From the IMG/VR virus record IMGVR_UViG_3300010373_000056, positions 1-55,492 of that record: 55,492 nucleotides of DNA; one strand, given 5' to 3'. The notes beneath the pieces are model-generated. The model was not told where the DNA came from. It saw only the letters and a program-made list of their open reading frames with translations, and made no database searches. This stretch comes from a virus (Duplodnaviria > Caudoviricetes). The position numbers and the translations under genes are program-made. This document shows positions 45,402 through 54,254 of this stretch, piece after piece (position 1 is the stretch's first letter; the number at the start of each line of letters is the position of its first letter).

Positions 45402-45877
45402 GGGGTCGCCAGGAAGGCGCACTGCCACTCGGCGGTCGACGGGTTCGGCCACTCGGGGCGGGTGATCGCCGAGACCGGCACGCCCGTCACGCGCAGGCCT
45501 GAGTTTTCCAGCGCTTCGCAGGTGAGGGCGGTTGTCGCGGTCCAGCGGTGGTCGCCGGGTCCGGTGTCGCCCCGCTCGGCGATGTTGTAGAGCAGGTCGG
45601 GGGCGTAGACCTTGGCGAGGTCGTAGCAGGGGCCGACGACGGCGATCCGCACACTGGGGGTGCTCACGGCCAGGATCGCGCCGATGACGTCGGGGATCTC
45701 GTCGTAGACGATGTGCTCAAGGAAGTGGCCCATGTAGACGTGGGTGAAGGTGTTGGCGTCGAACATGCAGGGCAGTTCTAGGGCGTCGGCGACGAGGTCG
45801 GTGCGCCATTGGGGGTCGATGTCGACGTTGAGCCACATGTCGGCGTAGTGCTCGCCGGAGCCGATGTGGAGCTTCAC
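45398..45877 (-). CDS. SAM-dependent methyltransferase
   Basis: KLHIGSG...WLNVDID...DL..DA...HFLEH. Confidence 0.8.
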   Translation of the reverse strand: MKLHIGSGEHYADMWLNVDIDPQWRTDLVADALELPCMFDANTFTHVYMGHFLEHIVYDEIPDVIGAILAVSTPSVRIAVVGPCYDLAKVYAPDLLYNIAERGDTGPGDHRWTATTALTCEALENSGLRVTGVPVSAITRPEWPNPSTAEWQCAFLATP

Positions 45878-46446
45878 CAGCGGGTCGCCAACCCTGAGGT
45901 GTTCTCGCCATCTACGTGCCAGATCCAGGTGACGTCTTCGTGGTGATAGAACGAGCCGCCAGCGTCGAGCATCGCGAGCCACGCTCCCCAATCGTCATAC
46001 TGCGAGCCCGGGGCCATCTGGAAGCCGCCCACGTCGAGCAGTAGCTCGCGGCGGACGAGGGCCGTGGTCTGGATGTAGGAGCGGCGGCGCAACTCGTCGG
46101 CGTCGAACGGGCCGGGCAGCGCGTTCGGGTCGCGCTGGTCTTCGCGCTCGGGGATCAGCGGGTCGGCGTAGACGACGTCCGCGCCGGTCTCGATCGCGGC
46201 GGCGTGCAGGTCGCGCAGGTGCCAGGGCAGGAACTCGTCGTCGTCGTCCAAGATGGCGACCCATTCGGTCGTCGCTGCCTTGACGGCGCGTGTCTTGGTA
46301 GCGCCCGCGCCCGTCTTGTGGGTGTCTTTCTCTACGACGATCTGGGCTGGCTTCAGGATCTGGTCGAGCACTGAGTCGATGGCGCGGACTAGTTTGGCCT
46401 CGCGGATGGGGATGTGAGCGATGCAGACCGTGATGTCGGCGGGCAT
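45874..46446 (-). CDS. GT2-family glycosyltransferase
   Basis: ITVCIA..R...L.RAIDSVLDQ; WVAILDDDD; GGF; DDWGAW. Confidence 0.9.
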   Translation of the reverse strand: MPADITVCIAHIPIREAKLVRAIDSVLDQILKPAQIVVEKDTHKTGAGATKTRAVKAATTEWVAILDDDDEFLPWHLRDLHAAAIETGADVVYADPLIPEREDQRDPNALPGPFDADELRRRSYIQTTALVRRELLLDVGGFQMAPGSQYDDWGAWLAMLDAGGSFYHHEDVTWIWHVDGENTSGLATRW

Positions 46447-46480
46447 GGCTTCCTCGCCGTCAGAGTGGGACAATCCGGGA

Positions 46481-46600
46481 ATGAACGAGCGCTGGTATCA
46501 GGGGTGGCTCAAGCCGGGGGTCGTCGACAGTTGGGGGATGCTCATCCTGGGTATCGCGGTGATCGTTTTCGTCGTGATCGCGATCTGGCGGTTCGCGTGA
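46481..46600 (+). CDS. 39-aa single-TM peptide
   Basis: MNERWYQGWLKPGVVDSWGMLILGIAVIVFVVIAIWRFA, after a repeated promoter-like motif. Confidence 0.55.
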   Translation: MNERWYQGWLKPGVVDSWGMLILGIAVIVFVVIAIWRFA

Positions 46601-46640
46601 CGTCCTGGCGCGGCCCATATCAGGGTGGGACAATCTGGGA

Positions 46641-46817
46641 ATGCGGTTCTACGCCCGGATCGGGACGAGCGTCCGACTCGGCAGCACCGTGATCACCATC
46701 GGCTACCGACGCAAACCCCAGAGAGACTTCGCAGCCAAGACTCTGCTCGTGATCCACCGAGGCAGGCGCGTGTTCTCAATGCCAGTGACGTCCGAGCGTT
46801 ATGTGCTCGACCCGTGA
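46641..46817 (+). CDS. 58-aa basic hypothetical protein
   Basis: Follows the second copy of the promoter-like motif. Confidence 0.5.
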   Translation: MRFYARIGTSVRLGSTVITIGYRRKPQRDFAAKTLLVIHRGRRVFSMPVTSERYVLDP

Positions 46818-46930
46818 CCTCGTGGCGCGACCTGCTGCCCTTGCCTAAGTGCGACGGCCCATGTGACTGGCAGGTGTCGGACCGGCTGAATGTCAGGTGC
46901 GGGTCGTGCGGGCTGGGGGACGCTCGGGCG

Positions 46931-47560
46931 TCACGCTTCTTCCGAGCCTTGTGGGCCAGGGTCGATCGGCGACGATGAGCACCGGCACGAGGGGTGCGCC
47001 GGCAGATCCGGGAAGTCGTCGAGCGTGTACGGCCCGCCATCGGCGTAGTCCTGGCATTCGTCGCAGGCGTCGGGGCTGACCAGCCAGTCAGCCATCTGCA
47101 CGCCCTGCTCGGCGTACTGGTCCATGCTCGCTGACTGAGTCGCCCTGGTGACCTCGGTGTCGGCGATCTGGTAGGCCCTATTTGGGTCGTCGAGGAAGTC
47201 CGACATGCTTGCGGCGATGGAGTCGATCGAGTCGCCGTTGAGGACGCCCTCGGCGAGTAGGGATCCCAGTCGGTCGAGCGTGGTGCCTTCGATGCCGTCG
47301 ATGGCTTGCCCGGCCTGGTCGAGCAGGGTCTGGAGGCCGCCGTCGGAGAGCTTGATCGCGGCGTCGAGGTTGCCGGGTTCCCAGGCGTCCCAGTCGACCG
47401 CGAGGCCGTTGATGACAGACTGGGCGCTGAGGGTTCCGGCTTGCCAGGAGTCGCCATAAGCGTCGGCCAGGGCGGTCTGGACGTCGGCCATGTTGAGCGA
47501 GAGGTTGTCGGCGGCGAAGGCTTGGGCGGCTGCCCGCTGCTCAGGGGTCGGGTCGGCCAT
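46931..47560 (-). CDS. MuF-like minor head protein
   Basis: RAYQIADTE..RA; W......ACDEC; PAHPSCRC. Confidence 0.85.
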   Translation of the reverse strand: MADPTPEQRAAAQAFAADNLSLNMADVQTALADAYGDSWQAGTLSAQSVINGLAVDWDAWEPGNLDAAIKLSDGGLQTLLDQAGQAIDGIEGTTLDRLGSLLAEGVLNGDSIDSIAASMSDFLDDPNRAYQIADTEVTRATQSASMDQYAEQGVQMADWLVSPDACDECQDYADGGPYTLDDFPDLPAHPSCRCSSSPIDPGPQGSEEA

Positions 47561-47606
47561 CAGCCCGACCTTGTCATATGTGTACCGATAGCGGTACGCA
47601 TCTGAC

Positions 47607-49634
47607 TCACTTCGCCTGCTTGGCCATGTACGCCTCGACCAGGGACCGCAACTGAGCCTTGGTCACTGTGGACCGCATTGCGGCTTGGAGCTTCTCGGCG
47701 TGGTGGTCGATCAGCTTCTGCTCGATCTGGCGGACCGGGGCGGCGTGCCAGCGGGGGTCACCCGCTTTTGGGCCGCTCGGCCCTGCCTTCACCAGCGCTT
47801 TCGATATCAGCGAGTCCCGGGCGGTCTGGTTGACCAGCGCCGCCGTCTCCGCGTCGAGGACGGTGAACTCGAAGTCTCGCCACTTGCCCTCGCGGCGGCG
47901 CGCCTTGGCAAAGCGCTTGAACGCGGCGAGCTCGGACTTGATCACGTCCGTTCCGTCGTCCTCGTCGTAGGGCGGCAGGTCACCGCTGAGCACGTCGTAG
48001 CCTCGGTGCTCTTCCTCGTCGTCGATCAGGTCGTGGCCTTTCAGCCCCGAGTCCGCCGTGATACCAGCGGTGATCTCCTTGGTGACCGGGGCCGGGTTGA
48101 CGGCTTCCTGGATCGCGGCGATAGCGCTGGACGGGTTGTCTTGCGGGTAGCGCTGCACGGCGAGCGGGGGCGCGTTGGGAGGCGTCTGCGGGGCCGTGCC
48201 CTCCACGGGCGCGAACGGCTTGTGCGGCAGGGCCGCGCCGTCGGCGGGCGAGTACGTCTCGTTGTCCGTCGGACCCATGACCGCGTCGTAGGCGGACAGC
48301 GGGATCGGGCCGCCACGAGCGGTGTAGACGTAGCGCTGCACCGGCATCGACGGGTCGATCGGCAGGCCGTACTCGCGCTCGCGGACCTCGTCCGGGGAGA
48401 CGACGCCGTTCTGGATGTGGATCTGGTCGATCTGCGCGGACGTGAGCCGGTCCTGCACTTCCTGGCCCGTGTCGAAGGAGAACTCCACCGGGAGCTCGCG
48501 GTCGCGCTGCAGGTAGGAGTTGATGATGTCCTGGACGTGCTGCACCAACGGCAGGGTGCCGGTGCGGAACTGCACGTCGGCCTGCGTCTCGCCCGAGGCC
48601 TTGTTGACGTCCTCGGTGAAGCCCAGGTCGGCGGGGGTGACGTGGTAGGCGGCGGCGACCTTGCGCATCAGATACAGGGAGAACTCGGAGTTGAACTGCT
48701 TCTCCGGCGACCACTGGATCTGAGTGCCGTTCGCGATCATCTTCAGCTGGTGCTTCGCGGCCTCGTCGCCCGTCCACAGGGCGTCCATGTACTGCTGGTA
48801 CTCCTCCAGTTGGTCCGGGGTCGAGATGCCCTCGGGGGCGTCCATGTACCCGGCGGCCACTTGGCCCTCGCGGAACCAGTTCAGGAAATACGTCTGCATC
48901 CGCAGGTCTGTGTTCGCGGTCAGCAGGATCGCCTCAAGCGGGGCGAAGCCGTACGCGGAGTCCGGTTGCGGTCGCAGCGGCAGGTAGATGATGTCCTCGG
49001 TGGTGTATTCCTTCCACGGCAGCCCGTTCGCGAACTGCGTGTAGGCCACGGCGGGCGGCGCGGGGGTGTCGCCCCAGAAGTCGAGCGTCGGCGCGACCGT
49101 GATGCCGGACATGACCTTGAGTCCGATCACGCGGCCGATGCGGTCCCGGCGGCGGTAGAGGCAGCCCGCGTCGTAGCGCAGCACGTCTTCGAGGTAGGCG
49201 GCCAGCCAGGCGCGGAACGGGGTGATCGAGTCCGGCCCCTCGGGGTAGGCGAGGACTTCCTTGGCCTTGGAGATCGCGGCGTCGGCGTCCCCGGTGTAGC
49301 CCTTCTGGGCGACGATGTTGAAGTCCAGGGACCGGACGTCGTCGATGCGGTGCTCGATCGCCATCCGGGCGATGTCGTAGTTGTCGATGAGCGCTTTGAG
49401 CGTCTCGAAGCCGACACGTCCGTCCCGGGTGGGGCGGGTGACGATGTTGTAGCCGGTCTGGAATCCCCAGCGGCGCGGCTCCCCTCCGTACCCCAGGTAG
49501 GGGCTGAGCGGCGCTCCCGGTGAGAATGGGGAGTTGTAGGCGAGGCCCTGCTGGGTCATGGCCGCTTGGACGGCTGGCGGGGGCGGGGGGTTCGTCTGCG
49601 ACTTGCGGACGATGCTGAAGGGGAAGCGCGGCAC
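47607..49634 (-). CDS. Portal protein
   Basis: YGFAPLE, AAAYHVTPADLG..EDVNKA, DEVRE; follows TerL. Confidence 0.9.
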   Translation of the reverse strand: MPRFPFSIVRKSQTNPPPPPAVQAAMTQQGLAYNSPFSPGAPLSPYLGYGGEPRRWGFQTGYNIVTRPTRDGRVGFETLKALIDNYDIARMAIEHRIDDVRSLDFNIVAQKGYTGDADAAISKAKEVLAYPEGPDSITPFRAWLAAYLEDVLRYDAGCLYRRRDRIGRVIGLKVMSGITVAPTLDFWGDTPAPPAVAYTQFANGLPWKEYTTEDIIYLPLRPQPDSAYGFAPLEAILLTANTDLRMQTYFLNWFREGQVAAGYMDAPEGISTPDQLEEYQQYMDALWTGDEAAKHQLKMIANGTQIQWSPEKQFNSEFSLYLMRKVAAAYHVTPADLGFTEDVNKASGETQADVQFRTGTLPLVQHVQDIINSYLQRDRELPVEFSFDTGQEVQDRLTSAQIDQIHIQNGVVSPDEVREREYGLPIDPSMPVQRYVYTARGGPIPLSAYDAVMGPTDNETYSPADGAALPHKPFAPVEGTAPQTPPNAPPLAVQRYPQDNPSSAIAAIQEAVNPAPVTKEITAGITADSGLKGHDLIDDEEEHRGYDVLSGDLPPYDEDDGTDVIKSELAAFKRFAKARRREGKWRDFEFTVLDAETAALVNQTARDSLISKALVKAGPSGPKAGDPRWHAAPVRQIEQKLIDHHAEKLQAAMRSTVTKAQLRSLVEAYMAKQAK

Positions 49635-49649
49635 GGGGCTTCCTCCTGG

Positions 49650-51200
49650 TCAGCTGGCTACGGGGTCGGCGGACCGCTCCTCAGCGGCACGCGCGGCCTT
49701 GCGTTTCATGTACTCCAGGAAGACAGCGCCGGAGTTGGGCTTGAGCAACAGGCGGCCGAGCGCTTGCGACGCGGCGTCCACTTGGTCGTCATGGGCGGCG
49801 TTGGGGAAGCCTGCGGCCTCGTCGATGAACGCCTCGACGTCGAACAACTGAATCGCCGGGGTCGGCAGGAGCACGTTGCCTGCTTCGACGAACGGGGCGA
49901 CCGCGTTGGCGCGGGCGTACTTCGACTCGTGCGGGCTGATCGGCACGATGCCGGGGATCGTCCGCTTGAGGGAGTCGATCACGGCGGTGCCGTTGGCCTT
50001 GTCCTCCACCAGCTTCGCGACGGCCTGCGGCCACAGCTTGCACTGGGCGGTGAACGCGGTCATCGTGTCGGTGAAGGACAGGCGCTTGTGGACTTGGTCG
50101 AGCAGGTAGACCTCGGCCCCACGGCGTGCCCAGACTTGGCCGACGACGTAGTCGGAGCCTCGGGTGTCTTTGAACGCCATGTCCCAGGACAGGACCATCT
50201 CGTCGCAGTCGACGCGCCAGGAGCCGTCATCGGCCATCGTCCAGAGCGGCTGCTCGTACCTGCGCCACCAGGTCCGCTGCCACACGTTGCCCGTCTCGGG
50301 GCTAGGGCGGCCTTGGTACATCGCTGACCACAGCCGGGCGGAGGTGACCGTCTTGGTCGTCTCCCACTGCTCCCGGGACCGGCCACGGGCTGAGACCATG
50401 AACTCGCCGGGCTCGCGGCCCAACGGATCGGTCTGGCCCTTCGCGGGGTCGTGGTCGGCCTGCGCGGGGATGTTCACGACGCGCCACTTGTCGTAATGCT
50501 CAGCCCCGGCGGCCTCGTCCTCGGCCTGCTTCTTCAGTAAGCGTCCGGCGAGGTCGTTCTCGTGCCAGCGCGTCAGCACCAGCACCACGGGCGCGCCAGG
50601 GGCGAGGCGAGTGCGCCCGACGCTCATCCACCACTGCCAGGACATCTCAGACAGCAACTCGGAGTCGGCGGCCCTCGGGTCCTTCACGGGGTCGTCGATG
50701 ACCATCAGGTCGACCGCTCGGCCGGTCAACGCCGAGCCGATGCCGATGGCGTAGACGCCGCCCTTGTGCGGGTGCTGCAGGAACCAGCGCGAGGCGGCCT
50801 TGGAGTCGCGCCTCAGCCGCAGACCCAGGTCGACGTTCTCGTCCGTGCCGTCGAAAGTCGAGATGTCGTGCCGTAGCGCATAAGAGAACTGCTGGGCGAT
50901 GTCGTCGGCGTAGGACACGATCGCCACCCGCAGGTTGGGGTTGCGCATCAGCATCTGCAGCACCCAGAAGCGGGTGATCCGGCTGGACTTGCCCTCTTGC
51001 GGCGGCATGGAGACGATCAGCTTGTTGCAACGCCCCTCGGAGACGTCCAGCAACGCGGCGTCGATCAGGTCCAGAGCGGGCGTCTGCACGTTGCCCGGAT
51101 CAAGCTCGGCGGCCAGGTCTCCGGCGGTCTTCCAGTCAGGGCGCTCGTCAGGCTCCGACAGAAGGTCAGCTAGCGATGCTGCGAAGGTGTCGGACGGCAC
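49650..51200 (-). CDS. terL: Terminase large subunit
   Basis: MPPQEGKS, IDDPVKD, TRWHENDLAG, HDDQVDA. Confidence 0.95.
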   Translation of the reverse strand: MPSDTFAASLADLLSEPDERPDWKTAGDLAAELDPGNVQTPALDLIDAALLDVSEGRCNKLIVSMPPQEGKSSRITRFWVLQMLMRNPNLRVAIVSYADDIAQQFSYALRHDISTFDGTDENVDLGLRLRRDSKAASRWFLQHPHKGGVYAIGIGSALTGRAVDLMVIDDPVKDPRAADSELLSEMSWQWWMSVGRTRLAPGAPVVLVLTRWHENDLAGRLLKKQAEDEAAGAEHYDKWRVVNIPAQADHDPAKGQTDPLGREPGEFMVSARGRSREQWETTKTVTSARLWSAMYQGRPSPETGNVWQRTWWRRYEQPLWTMADDGSWRVDCDEMVLSWDMAFKDTRGSDYVVGQVWARRGAEVYLLDQVHKRLSFTDTMTAFTAQCKLWPQAVAKLVEDKANGTAVIDSLKRTIPGIVPISPHESKYARANAVAPFVEAGNVLLPTPAIQLFDVEAFIDEAAGFPNAAHDDQVDAASQALGRLLLKPNSGAVFLEYMKRKAARAAEERSADPVAS

Positions 51201-51729
51201 CGCCGATCACCTTCGCTCTCAGTTCCCCCGTAATGCCCGCCTCGTCCAAACCGGCCACCAACGCGGCGTGAGCCAGGGCGGCTTGCTTCTCGGCGACGGC
51301 GACCATGCGCTCAGCCAAACCAGCGGCCACAGCCTTGGATGCGAAGCCGGCGAGCCGATCCCGTTCCTGCGCCTCTAGCTGCGCCAGGCCACGGATGTAC
51401 TCCCCCGCCTTGTACGTGTCGCCCTTCTCAGTGGCGACCCACGTCTCGCCCACCAGGGCGTCTCGGAGGTTGGGCTCCTCTAGGACCAGTTGCTCTAGCT
51501 CGTCGGCCAGAGCGTCGGCCCGGCGACGGGACTGCGTGATCAACCGGAGGAGGGTCTCGGCTGGGTCGTCCAGCGCGTCCCCGAGCTTCCACGTCATCAG
51601 CTCAGCCCGGACAGCTGCCTTGGCTTTCACTTGAGGCGCTGAGCCGCCGTGCTTGTTGCAGACGGTGCCGCCTTTGATCGACCAGGCGTTGCAGTCGCCG
51701 TATGAGCACTTGCGAGACACCGGGCTCAT
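51166..51729 (-). CDS. terS: Terminase small subunit
   Basis: C...GGTVCNKHGGSAPQV motif, directly upstream of TerL. Confidence 0.75.
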   Translation of the reverse strand: MSPVSRKCSYGDCNAWSIKGGTVCNKHGGSAPQVKAKAAVRAELMTWKLGDALDDPAETLLRLITQSRRRADALADELEQLVLEEPNLRDALVGETWVATEKGDTYKAGEYIRGLAQLEAQERDRLAGFASKAVAAGLAERMVAVAEKQAALAHAALVAGLDEAGITGELRAKVIGGAVRHLRSIAS

Positions 51730-51776
51730 GGGTGGCTCCGTCTCATGGGTCGGGCTGGACTTCTGATATGACGATT

Positions 51777-51790
51777 GCTATCATGATAGC
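51777..51790. promoter_or_regulatory. Perfect palindromic operator upstream of the RHH gene
   Basis: GCTATCATGATAGC immediately before ATG 51792. Confidence 0.65.
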
Positions 51791-51791
51791 T

Positions 51792-51953
51792 ATGGTGAAG
51801 CAGCACGCGCTACGTCTGCCTGAGGAACTGGCCGATGCGATCGACAAGCGAGCGGAGCTGGTTGGCCTGTCCCGCAACGCATGGATCGTCAAGGCGCTGG
51901 CATGGGCGATTGAGCAGCCGATCCGAGAAACTGTCGTCAAGGAGCGGTTGTGA
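51792..51953 (+). CDS. Arc/ribbon-helix-helix regulator
   Basis: HALRLPEELADAIDKRAE..GLSRNAWIVKAL. Confidence 0.8.
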   Translation: MVKQHALRLPEELADAIDKRAELVGLSRNAWIVKALAWAIEQPIRETVVKERL

Positions 51954-52321
51954 CCCGCGCCTGGCTTGATCTGTGGCGCGTCGTCCGTGACATCTGGCCG
52001 CTGGTCTTCGCGTTCCTCGGATGCCTGCTGGCCGGATTTGCCGTCTGGCTGGCCATGCGCTCAACAGCCTCGGCGGCGTCGAGCCAGTCGCCTGACCAGC
52101 AGTTCGTCGCGGCAGTCCACCAGCACGTCCCCGCTGTCCAAGCCAAGCCTGTGGCGATAGCTGGCTATGGTCATGAAGCGTGTGCGGATATGGACGCAGG
52201 ATGGACAGAGCGGCAGTTAGACGAAAGCGGGTTTCAGCCTGAGTTGTCTAGTCCGGCTAGACATGTTCTGGTCGAGCTTTCGGCGCAGTACCTGTGCCCT
52301 CAGAACAAGGAGCGGTTATGA
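51950..52321 (+). CDS. DUF732-like membrane-anchored protein
   Basis: N-terminal TM; DQQFVAAV...GHEAC..MDAG...YLCP. Confidence 0.65.
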   Translation: MTRAWLDLWRVVRDIWPLVFAFLGCLLAGFAVWLAMRSTASAASSQSPDQQFVAAVHQHVPAVQAKPVAIAGYGHEACADMDAGWTERQLDESGFQPELSSPARHVLVELSAQYLCPQNKERL

Positions 52322-52635
52322 AGGAGCCGGAAACGGACGAGGAATGGCGCGAGGCCGTCATGGAGGGCCTCAAGAGCCCCAACCAGTACCGAATCTGGGC
52401 TGGCCTACCAACGCCCGTTGAGTCCGCTCCAGCGCCAGAGCTTGAAGGACTGGCCAGTCTCGTCACTGATCGCGACCACTTGGAGTACGCGATCGGGTCC
52501 CTGAGAGCCGCGATCACATCTCTGGAAACTGCGCAGGATCAGGTCGACCCGTTCTGGACGGCGCATCTGCGCAGCCAAGCCAGGGTCTATATGGGGCAGG
52601 CGCATCTCGCGCTGAATCTGCCAGCCAGTAAGTAG
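52318..52635 (+). CDS. Hypothetical protein
   Basis: ATGA coupled, RBS AAGGAG. Confidence 0.55.
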   Translation: MKEPETDEEWREAVMEGLKSPNQYRIWAGLPTPVESAPAPELEGLASLVTDRDHLEYAIGSLRAAITSLETAQDQVDPFWTAHLRSQARVYMGQAHLALNLPASK

Positions 52636-52643
52636 TAGGCGCT

Positions 52644-52920
52644 CGACGGGGAGTCCCGATTCTCCACCCCGTACAACCCGGGAGGCCCCGATCGTGGGCT
52701 CACGCGCGTTCGCAGCGGGTCATGGCTGAGTTTGTTGATCGTCTCTGTTACCACCACGAGCGCCGTGGTCGAACCGCTGGGATCAGCCCTCGGGGGTTAG
52801 GCGTCACCCAGCGGCCCGAGTCTTAGGGTTTGACCGGATGCACCCAAATGCACTGGTCGGGCATCATCAGCCATACGGCCTCAGAGTGGACCTCGAGGCG
52901 GTAATCGAAATCGGGCACTT
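52644..52920 (-). ncRNA. Candidate large structured non-coding RNA
   Basis: Gene-free gap of about 290 nt with at least seven nested stems (see findings); strand inferred from the late operon. Confidence 0.6.
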
Positions 52921-52925
52921 TGTCG

Positions 52926-53048
52926 TTAGACATCGGCTAGGACCTCGTCCATCTCACAGCCGAACAGGAACCACACCAAGCCCGACGCCATGCCCAGGAA
53001 CGAGGCCAGCGCGGCGCACAGAACAGGTCGCCAGTAGCGCTTGATCAT
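52926..53048 (-). CDS. Small membrane protein (MIKRYWRPVLC...)
   Basis: ATGA coupled, one TM. Confidence 0.5.
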   Translation of the reverse strand: MIKRYWRPVLCAALASFLGMASGLVWFLFGCEMDEVLADV

Positions 53049-53344
53049 GGCCGGGCCAGATGGTCGGGGACAGCGCCGACGTGCTTCTCGTGAATCGCGG
53101 TCAGCAGGCCGTGAACCTTCACCGTATCCTCGTGGTGCGCCTGCGCTTGGGCCATCCGCTCGGCGTGGTGCCGCTCGGCCTGCTCGCTCAGGTGCTCCTT
53201 GACGCCGTCGATCTTGCGGCGGAGCCACTTGATCCCGAAGTGGCCGGCGATGAAGCCCAGCGTCAGGCAGACGACGTCGTCGACCCAGTTGCCCCAGACC
53301 GACCCGTCGGGCCAGTGGAAGAGGACGTAGTACCAGGAGTTCAT
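53045..53344 (-). CDS. Membrane protein
   Basis: MNSWYYVLFHWPDGSVWGN, TM, His-rich coil. Confidence 0.6.
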   Translation of the reverse strand: MNSWYYVLFHWPDGSVWGNWVDDVVCLTLGFIAGHFGIKWLRRKIDGVKEHLSEQAERHHAERMAQAQAHHEDTVKVHGLLTAIHEKHVGAVPDHLARP

Positions 53345-53547
53345 GTCGACGAGTAGGTGATCGTGTAGTCGAGGATCAAGCATTCGCCGTTAGCGAGGCG
53401 GAGCGGCTCGACCTTCCATTGACGTCGGCGATCAGATGGCGAGGTGGTCTCCACGGCTTCCAGTTGGGTCACGCCGTCCGCTTGGAGCACGGTGACCTTG
53501 TCCAGGCCGAACTCGAGCCCCTCGATCCCGTACTGGTAGAGGTCCAT
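53341..53547 (-). CDS. Hypothetical protein
   Basis: 68 aa, coupled. Confidence 0.55.
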   Translation of the reverse strand: MDLYQYGIEGLEFGLDKVTVLQADGVTQLEAVETTSPSDRRRQWKVEPLRLANGECLILDYTITYSST

Positions 53548-54026
53548 TACGACCAGCCCTTAGCAGCCATAGCGGGGTGGATCTCGGGGAACGGCCACGC
53601 CGAAGGCTCAGGCGGCACAGTCTCGCACGCGCAGGTGTCTGATGTCAGACAGTCTGATTGGTGCAGGTGGGACGCCTTCTCGGCGTCGATCAGGTGGTCC
53701 TCGCAGGCGAACACCGCCACCGTGCCGGGCGCGGGTGGGCGCTCGACCGGGTCGGGGATTCGATCGTGGGCGGCTTGCTCGTCGGCGGCTTGGCCGTCCA
53801 GCAGGCGGGCTTCCCGGTCGCCGTCCGTCGTCTTCAGCTCGCGGGCCTGCTCGGCCATCAGCCGCATCTCGGCGATGGCGATCTGGTGCCGCACCCGCCG
53901 AGCCGCAGTGGCATCTAGGGCGCGCTCGTGCTGGCCGTGGGCGTGCGTCGCGGACTCGTCGGCGGTCATGGCGCGCTGCCACTGGCCGAGGGCCGTCTTG
54001 GAGCACTGAGGGTGCGAGCAGTTCAC
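53547..54026 (-). CDS. Hypothetical Cys/His protein
   Basis: GTGA-coupled start; C..C...QWQR; VFACEDH. Confidence 0.6.
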   Translation of the reverse strand: MNCSHPQCSKTALGQWQRAMTADESATHAHGQHERALDATAARRVRHQIAIAEMRLMAEQARELKTTDGDREARLLDGQAADEQAAHDRIPDPVERPPAPGTVAVFACEDHLIDAEKASHLHQSDCLTSDTCACETVPPEPSAWPFPEIHPAMAAKGWS

Positions 54027-54250
54027 CGGAAGTATCCGAACACGAGGTGGATGAGCAGCCAGATCATGAACCCCGCCACGAAGAAGTGGAGCGCGGTCCA
54101 CGTCGCGATCGTCGAGCCCGGCGACGTCTTGCACGCCCACCAGACGAACTCGCTCAAGGTGTCCTGATCGCGGCGGCGGATGAGCGCGGTGAACTCCAGG
54201 ACCAGGAAGATCCCGCCCCACGCCACCCAGAGCCAGCGATACCCGGACAA
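54023..54250 (-). CDS. Small membrane protein
   Basis: WVAWGG.FLVLE...DTLSE.VW...WL.IH. Confidence 0.65.
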   Translation of the reverse strand: MSGYRWLWVAWGGIFLVLEFTALIRRRDQDTLSEFVWWACKTSPGSTIATWTALHFFVAGFMIWLLIHLVFGYFR

Positions 54251-54254
54251 TGGA

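Noticed and set aside
8399-50327. Long alternative-frame ORFs (e.g. 8399..9775+, 27137..29827-, 28255..29988+, 38371..40437+, 47685..49523+)
   Set aside because: Shadow ORFs of high-GC genes; Arg/Gly/Pro-rich or antisense mirror translations without motifs
52855-52880. Hammerhead ribozyme (CUGAUGA on the minus strand)
   Set aside because: No correctly placed GAAA and stem II; the motif is mostly paired in the 8-bp long-range stem
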